This document shows positions 58,966 through 64,000 of a stretch of DNA of 64,000 bases, piece by piece. Both the position numbers and the translations under genes were made by a program. The stretch comes from a virus. The notes under the pieces were generated by a model. It did no database searches and had not been told where the DNA came from. It worked only from the letters and a program-made list of their open reading frames with translations. The number at the start of each line of letters is the position of its first letter. Position 1 is the first letter of the stretch. The DNA lies in the IMG/VR virus record IMGVR_UViG_3300031952_000004, positions 32,001 to 96,000 of that record. One strand, given 5' to 3'.

Positions 58966-59854
58966 GAATATAATCTAATATCTTACCTACTCCTAATTCA
59001 TTAATACAATAATTATAAAGTTGAGGATGAGTTTTAGCCATGCATTGAAATTTATTAGGTTCCTTTTCTAAATGAGTTCCAAACATACAAAACATACATC
59101 CAGTTCTTAATTGTCCTTTATCATAAATAGTTGCATATTTTAGATTGTTCTTTTTAATATATGCCCAAACATCTTCTTCTAACCAAACTGATAAAGGTCT
59201 TGATTGAATCTTACCTTCAAAAGAATTACATCCATATTGTAAATAAGTAATTTCTCTCAATCTACTTTCATTTGCCATTGTACCGACATAGGGATGCAAT
59301 CCTGTTTTCTTAGTATAATTTTTGAATGGAAGTTTTTTCATTACATCACAGCATTGGTCGGAAATTTTAAAAGGAGCCTTAATTAAAAATCTCCATTTTT
59401 CTGGTACTTTCCAACTTCCAGATGCTTTTTTTCCATCTCCTCTTATACCTGTTAAATAGAGGTTCCTTATTATTTTATTTCCTTTTGTAGGATTCTGTAA
59501 AGTTGAAATCATTGAAGCAATTTTTTTACTAGTAACTGGATAACCATAGGTATCTAAAACTTGTTTAAAAGTCATTTCGGGTCTAATAATTTCTACATTT
59601 TCAGTTTCTCGGACAAATTGTATCACTTCCGGCCATTCTAGACCTGTATTTACGAAGACTGCTTTGACATGAGGATATATTGACCTTACTAAATGTAAAA
59701 GAACTGTACTGTCTTTTCCTCCAGAAAAAGAGATACATACATCTCCTTCTAATTTTTCATAAAATTCTCTTATTCTTTTATTAGTAAACTTAATTTTTGC
59801 CTCTAAAGGTAATGATTGTCTTTGTTTAAGTTCCCAAATCTTTACTTTAGGCAT
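58943..59854 (-). CDS. PAPS reductase (CysH/DndC-like) PP-loop protein
   Basis: SFSGGKDS, CCDVMKK, RTGCMFC. Confidence 0.85.
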   Translation of the reverse strand: MPKVKIWELKQRQSLPLEAKIKFTNKRIREFYEKLEGDVCISFSGGKDSTVLLHLVRSIYPHVKAVFVNTGLEWPEVIQFVRETENVEIIRPEMTFKQVLDTYGYPVTSKKIASMISTLQNPTKGNKIIRNLYLTGIRGDGKKASGSWKVPEKWRFLIKAPFKISDQCCDVMKKLPFKNYTKKTGLHPYVGTMANESRLREITYLQYGCNSFEGKIQSRPLSVWLEEDVWAYIKKNNLKYATIYDKGQLRTGCMFCMFGTHLEKEPNKFQCMAKTHPQLYNYCINELGVGKILDYIHVPYKEV

Positions 59855-60597
59855 TAATATCCTCCTAATTTTTTATCAAAAATACCTTCTTCTATTTCTT
59901 TCTTAAAACGAACATCCAAATCGGTAACATAAATTGGAGGAAATCTATCTTTTCCTTTTTTATTATTAATATGCCCCACTTTAAATGGACTTTTGGTTTT
60001 AGATTGCATTTTTAATAATTCTTTCCATAAATCGGGAAAATTCTTATACAAACCTCTTAATGATGTCATTGGTTGTAAAGGACAGCACCAGCACGATGCA
60101 CTACTCATACACTTATAAAGATTCTCAAAATTGAATCCTTTATCTTTACAATAATCTAAACAATCCTGTTCAGTCATTCTCCATTCTATTAAAGGAAGTA
60201 TTACTGTTTTATCATCTGCATATCTTTTTGCTCTATATTCTTCACCTTTTGTAAGTCCAAGATAATTAACAAAAGGTTTTTTGTCTTTTAAATATTTGTG
60301 AATTGCAGTTTTTTTCAATCCTGTACACCAACGAATATTGAAACGAGGAAATCCCAATCCAATTCCCCTTTTATTTGGTTTTTCATACATATACCATTCA
60401 AATGATTTTTCTGGTTTAAGCCAAACAATAGGTCTTTTAATATATTCTTCAACTTTTTTAACAGTAGTATAAATAGCAGGGAATTCCCATCCTGTATCAA
60501 AGAACAAAATTTCATCTATTTGCTTTTTTTCTTCAAGTAATCTTATAAGCATAGCAGTAGAATCTTTCCCACCTGAATAACTAACTATATAGTGCAT
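59854..60597 (-). CDS. second PAPS reductase-like PP-loop protein
   Basis: SYSGGKDS, DTGWEF, RWCT.LK, SCWCCP. Confidence 0.85.
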   Translation of the reverse strand: MHYIVSYSGGKDSTAMLIRLLEEKKQIDEILFFDTGWEFPAIYTTVKKVEEYIKRPIVWLKPEKSFEWYMYEKPNKRGIGLGFPRFNIRWCTGLKKTAIHKYLKDKKPFVNYLGLTKGEEYRAKRYADDKTVILPLIEWRMTEQDCLDYCKDKGFNFENLYKCMSSASCWCCPLQPMTSLRGLYKNFPDLWKELLKMQSKTKSPFKVGHINNKKGKDRFPPIYVTDLDVRFKKEIEEGIFDKKLGGY

Positions 60598-60641
60598 TTC
60601 TTTTTCCTTTTTAAGAGAGAGAAGGAAGTTAAAACTTCCTT

Positions 60642-60911
60642 TTAGTTAATTCGTTCTATTGTTTTACCATTATCATTAAGAAGATAAACATTATTGACAT
60701 CAACTACAATAACTTGAGCCAAAATTTGTTCAGCTTTAAACATATAAATCTTCTTAACTGAATCATTATCAATAATTATACTTCTCATTAACATAAATTG
60801 TTTATTCAAATCAGCATCTTGTGCATTTTTTACAGTAGTTTCGATAACCTCTACTGTCTCAATTTTATCAAAAAACTTCCACCCACAATTCATTTGAACT
60901 TTCATTATCAT
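60642..60911 (-). CDS. hypothetical protein
   Basis: ends YLLNDNGKTIERI. Confidence 0.6.
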   Translation of the reverse strand: MIMKVQMNCGWKFFDKIETVEVIETTVKNAQDADLNKQFMLMRSIIIDNDSVKKIYMFKAEQILAQVIVVDVNNVYLLNDNGKTIERIN

Positions 60912-61120
60912 TTTTCTTCCTCCTTTTTATCTGCCTTTCTATCTATCTTCCTTCTCTCTTTTTTAGGTTTAATTTCTTTTATTAATGATAAATCCCATTT
61001 TAATGCTTCAAAAATATGTTCAACCTTTGAAATTATACTTCTTTCTATCATTTTAGACCACGCAATCTTGGATTTATCTAATAAATCTACAGTATTTTCA
61101 TCAAAAGCAATTGGAATCAT
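60908..61120 (-). CDS. probable C-terminal (thumb end) fragment of the family B DNA polymerase
   Basis: IAF...IAWSKMIERSIISKVEHIFEALKW matches the PolB C-terminal helix pattern; SD AAGGAG lies inside the HNH gene. Confidence 0.65.
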   Translation of the reverse strand: MIPIAFDENTVDLLDKSKIAWSKMIERSIISKVEHIFEALKWDLSLIKEIKPKKERRKIDRKADKKEEEK

Positions 61121-61665
61121 TATTTTGCTCCTTTTTTTAAATTATCAACTGCCCACAGAGGTTGTAAGTTAGTATAATGAAAACATTTGCGTTGTTCTGA
61201 CTTTTTTCGCAAATCAAATGAAGCACAGGGTTTAATATGGTCTATGTGCCACAATCCATAGTTAGACCACGACATATTTTTTAAAAACTGTGATTCTAAA
61301 TGTTGTTTTAATTCTTTTAAAGAACAACCAATTAATTTCAATATGGAAGTAGATTTATGAATTTTTTTTAATACTTTTCGCAATCTTTGTCTAAGACAAA
61401 TTCGTATTCTAAAATTAATATCTCTATGGTACCTATTATATTTGTAAACATTATCTTGTTCGATGGTTTCTTTTTTATGGTCTTGATAATACTTTTTTCT
61501 TTGTAAACTTATTTTTTCTTTATTTAGTCGGTCATACTCTTTTTTATATAAAGCAATTTCTTTTTTATGAATTTTATTATAAATTTTTCGAATTAAAAGA
61601 ATTTTTTTCTTATGTAATTGATAATATTCTTTTGCGTATTGTTTCCAATCTTCTTTAGTCCACAT
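61120..61665 (-). CDS. HNH homing endonuclease, family A, between the polymerase fragments
   Basis: WHIDHIKPCASFDL...NLQPLWAVDNL; likely ATG 61665 overlapping the polymerase end. Confidence 0.8.
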   Translation of the reverse strand: MWTKEDWKQYAKEYYQLHKKKILLIRKIYNKIHKKEIALYKKEYDRLNKEKISLQRKKYYQDHKKETIEQDNVYKYNRYHRDINFRIRICLRQRLRKVLKKIHKSTSILKLIGCSLKELKQHLESQFLKNMSWSNYGLWHIDHIKPCASFDLRKKSEQRKCFHYTNLQPLWAVDNLKKGAK

Positions 61666-64000
61666 AATAAATCCACCAATAATTATCACCCAATTGCTTA
61701 TCAAATTTTCCAAATATTTTTTTGCTATTATTTTTTGCTTGAATATGAATTGGTAATTTTCTAATAAAAGTTGTTCCTTTAGCATTTGTTACTATAGTTT
61801 TGTACTCTCCATCTTGTTTTGTTAATCTTGCAGGAAATCCAATATCTTGCAGGGGTAATGTTTTAATCTTTTCTTTTTCAGAATTAATCCATTTTACTAT
61901 TTCTTCTTGTGGTTCTTCATTCATAATCTTTTCAATTAAAATCGTTTGAAATTCTTTAATGAATTTTGAACTATCTTTTCTTTTGGCTTCTATACCTTTG
62001 ATTTCTTCTTTTAATTTTCCATTTAATTTTCTTAAATATCCTTTATAATGGCACATAGCTACGATTAAAATTTTTTCAAATCTACCTTCACATTCAAATT
62101 TAATATCAATTCTTTCTCTATTATATCTTTCTTTAGCCCATTGTTGTATTAATTGATTAAACAATTCTGTAGGATTTTCTTTTGATTCTATCATAATACC
62201 ATCAGTATCCAAATAAATAACATTGATTCCTTTTTCTTTTATTTTATCTTCTGTATAATGAAGTAAATCTCTTGCAATTGAAGTAATTGCTGAAGCAATA
62301 TGAACATTATAAAGTCTAAAAATCTTTAATCCACATACTCCAAAAAGAGAATTAACAACCGCTTTGATTGCATCATATTTTATTTGTAAATCTTTACCTT
62401 CTTCAGATTCTGGATTTGCTTGTTCTAATTCTTTTTTAATAGTATCTTTTTTATTTAATAATTTTCTTGCAATAATTGGTAATAAAGTATTTTGATTTTG
62501 TGTCATGTAAATAGAATATTTAAAAGTATTTGTTTCTCTATCAGTAATATCTATTTTCTGACTATGTTTATCTTCTGTTAAATTTGAAACATCTAAACAT
62601 AAATTATTAATAATAGATGGATAAGTTCCCGAAATATCCATTTTCCAAATATTATTTTTAAAAAAACCTAAATCTGCTCTACGATAAGCTCCTTCAAATT
62701 CAATTTCATCAGAAATTTCTTGTCCATAATGTTTAGAGGGTAAAATGATTCCTTTTTGTTTAGCTTCTCGAAGTAGAATCATATCTATCATTTTAGAATT
62801 CCAACAAACATCCGACCACTCGCACATACTCATTCTTCTAAGTTCATCGTAATATTCTACAATTTCTAATTTCTTATCTAAATCTATCATCCTTCTTACA
62901 TCGTTTATATTTTTTTCTTTAATTTCATCAGCCAATCTACTAAAATCTACCTTTTTATAAGACTGTTCTTTTAATTCTTTTTGACAAACTGCATCTAAAG
63001 CATAAGAAGATTCTGTACGGTAAATTTTCTTATACATTTCTAAATAATCCATAACACTTATACCAGCAGGAATAAGATTTGGTTCTACTTCTTGTTTACC
63101 CCCCAAATATCTTGCTTGAGCAATTGGACTTAACATTTCTGCCAATTCACATCCAAATAATTTTTTATATCGGGCACAAAGATAACGCCAATCGAATTCA
63201 ATAAAATTCCAACCGCAATTATGTGTAAGCAAATTATTTGCTATAAATAAATGATGTTTGTCCAGAGTAATATCTATTAACTTTAAATTTTTTATATTTT
63301 TAATTTGTTTTATTGAATTAAAAAAATATGTGTTTATATATTTATTCAATTCATCTAATTTTGTTATTTGATACTTGGATAGTTTGTTAGTTTTTATTAT
63401 ATCGATAATATAATGCACAAATTCTCTTGTAATTGTTTGATTTGAACAAAAAAGTTTCATTTTATCTTTATAGGAAAGTTTAACATTCCATTCTTCGATA
63501 AGTTTTAATAATAAATTTTTAATGGGAATGGTATCTATATGATTAACTGTATGTTTTAAAAATAACTTCTTTTTTGGATGTTTTAAAAATAAACGATAAT
63601 TCTTAGAAGAACTATAAATTCTTAAAGTATAACATTTTTGTTTTGATTTTTTACCCGAATATCCATTATCTTTTTTATTCGGGATTCCGATTCCCCACAA
63701 AACCCAAGACATCCAATCAATCAAAACTTCATTAGTATTGCTAAATGATAAACTATTTCCTGTATAAGTGCCATCTGCATCTATCAACCCACTAATAATA
63801 TTAGTTTGTTGATTTGTATTTAATCCATAAAGATAAATACTTAAATTTTTATACAATATATCTATACTTTTTTTCCAATCATTAGCTTTTAAAGAATTTT
63901 TGCTATATAGATGATAACAATTATTATACTTATGAAGATACATGGCTATTCCATTTCTATTGAGTATTTTTTTAACTATACCCATCATTTCTTCATTGTC
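61655..64000 (-). CDS. polB: family B DNA polymerase (5' end outside the window), intein-containing
   Basis: ExoII GWN..FD, SYALD, ExoIII NINDV, DISGTYPSII, KAVVNSLFG, YLDTDG, KGIE. Confidence 0.9.
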   Translation of the reverse strand, partial: DNEEMMGIVKKILNRNGIAMYLHKYNNCYHLYSKNSLKANDWKKSIDILYKNLSIYLYGLNTNQQTNIISGLIDADGTYTGNSLSFSNTNEVLIDWMSWVLWGIGIPNKKDNGYSGKKSKQKCYTLRIYSSSKNYRLFLKHPKKKLFLKHTVNHIDTIPIKNLLLKLIEEWNVKLSYKDKMKLFCSNQTITREFVHYIIDIIKTNKLSKYQITKLDELNKYINTYFFNSIKQIKNIKNLKLIDITLDKHHLFIANNLLTHNCGWNFIEFDWRYLCARYKKLFGCELAEMLSPIAQARYLGGKQEVEPNLIPAGISVMDYLEMYKKIYRTESSYALDAVCQKELKEQSYKKVDFSRLADEIKEKNINDVRRMIDLDKKLEIVEYYDELRRMSMCEWSDVCWNSKMIDMILLREAKQKGIILPSKHYGQEISDEIEFEGAYRRADLGFFKNNIWKMDISGTYPSIINNLCLDVSNLTEDKHSQKIDITDRETNTFKYSIYMTQNQNTLLPIIARKLLNKKDTIKKELEQANPESEEGKDLQIKYDAIKAVVNSLFGVCGLKIFRLYNVHIASAITSIARDLLHYTEDKIKEKGINVIYLDTDGIMIESKENPTELFNQLIQQWAKERYNRERIDIKFECEGRFEKILIVAMCHYKGYLRKLNGKLKEEIKGIEAKRKDSSKFIKEFQTILIEKIMNEEPQEEIVKWINSEKEKIKTLPLQDIGFPARLTKQDGEYKTIVTNAKGTTFIRKLPIHIQAKNNSKKIFGKFDKQLGDNYWWIYYVD
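63218..64000 (-). mobile_element. LAGLIDADG intein (C-terminal part) in the polymerase exonuclease domain
   Basis: SGLIDADG motif; ends DITL...FIANNLLTHN followed by Cys-Gly-Trp-Asn. Confidence 0.9.

Noticed and set aside
3043-60515. Short antisense or alternate-frame ORFs in the track (e.g. 3043, 6183, 7386, 10521, 15772, 16555, 18263, 18477, 21416, 24456, 25263, 27582, 33737, 35084, 45549, 47055, 51005, 51951, 60315)
   Set aside because: They overlap well-supported genes, lack evident SD sites and have the composition expected from shadows of A-rich coding strands
60611-60645. Further member of the CCA hairpin class
   Set aside because: The stem AAGGAAG/CTTCCTT is followed by CTCTCTC, not CCA; kept as a counter-example
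60798-61172. Plus-strand 124-aa ORF
   Set aside because: Antisense to three coupled minus-strand genes
61120-61665. Group I intron or split intein repairing the polymerase
   Set aside because: The HNH ORF overlaps both flanking ORFs, leaving no room for a ribozyme unless it is fully embedded in coding sequence, and there are no Cys or His-Asn splice motifs at the junctions
1-64000. Alternative genetic code (stop-codon reassignment)
   Set aside because: Long ORFs tile both arms in the standard code, and TAG and TGA end genes at sensible boundaries

Overview
This is a 64-kb segment of a very AT-rich tailed dsDNA bacteriophage genome, probably a long-tailed siphovirus-like phage. It uses the standard genetic code and GGAG-type Shine-Dalgarno (SD) sites. 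Layout: (i) 1-640, small leftward genes under a near-consensus sigma70 promoter. (ii) About 700-2600, a non-coding control region with phased TCTACC repeats, IHF-like sites, three DNA hairpins and a highly structured leader. (iii) 2610-41931 (+), the virion module: accessory fibre/decoration genes with a PIG-L deacetylase and a glycosyltransferase, then portal, protease/scaffold, major capsid, neck, tail tube, tape measure and tail tip. No terminase is visible in the window. (iv) 41928-64000 (-), replication and host-takeover genes: intein-containing amidoligase, two ClpP genes flanking an MFS transporter, M50 protease, peptide deformylase, SbcCD, RNA ligase, RuvC, two PAPS-reductase-like genes and an intein-containing family B DNA polymerase. 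About 15 free-standing homing-endonuclease genes or remnants and 2 LAGLIDADG inteins are present. Top observations: (1) intron-less HNH cassettes appear to split the DNA polymerase and the SbcD/Mre11 gene, supplying their own SD plus start to re-initiate the C-terminal fragment; (2) a 5-copy HNH family carries variable 15-aa repeat arrays; (3) a glycosyltransferase and deacetylase sit next to a Ser/Thr/NAS-rich repeat virion protein, a candidate virion glycosylation system; (4) hairpins ending in CCA rather than a U-tract follow the main structural genes. All functional calls come from motif recognition by eye; no database searches were run.
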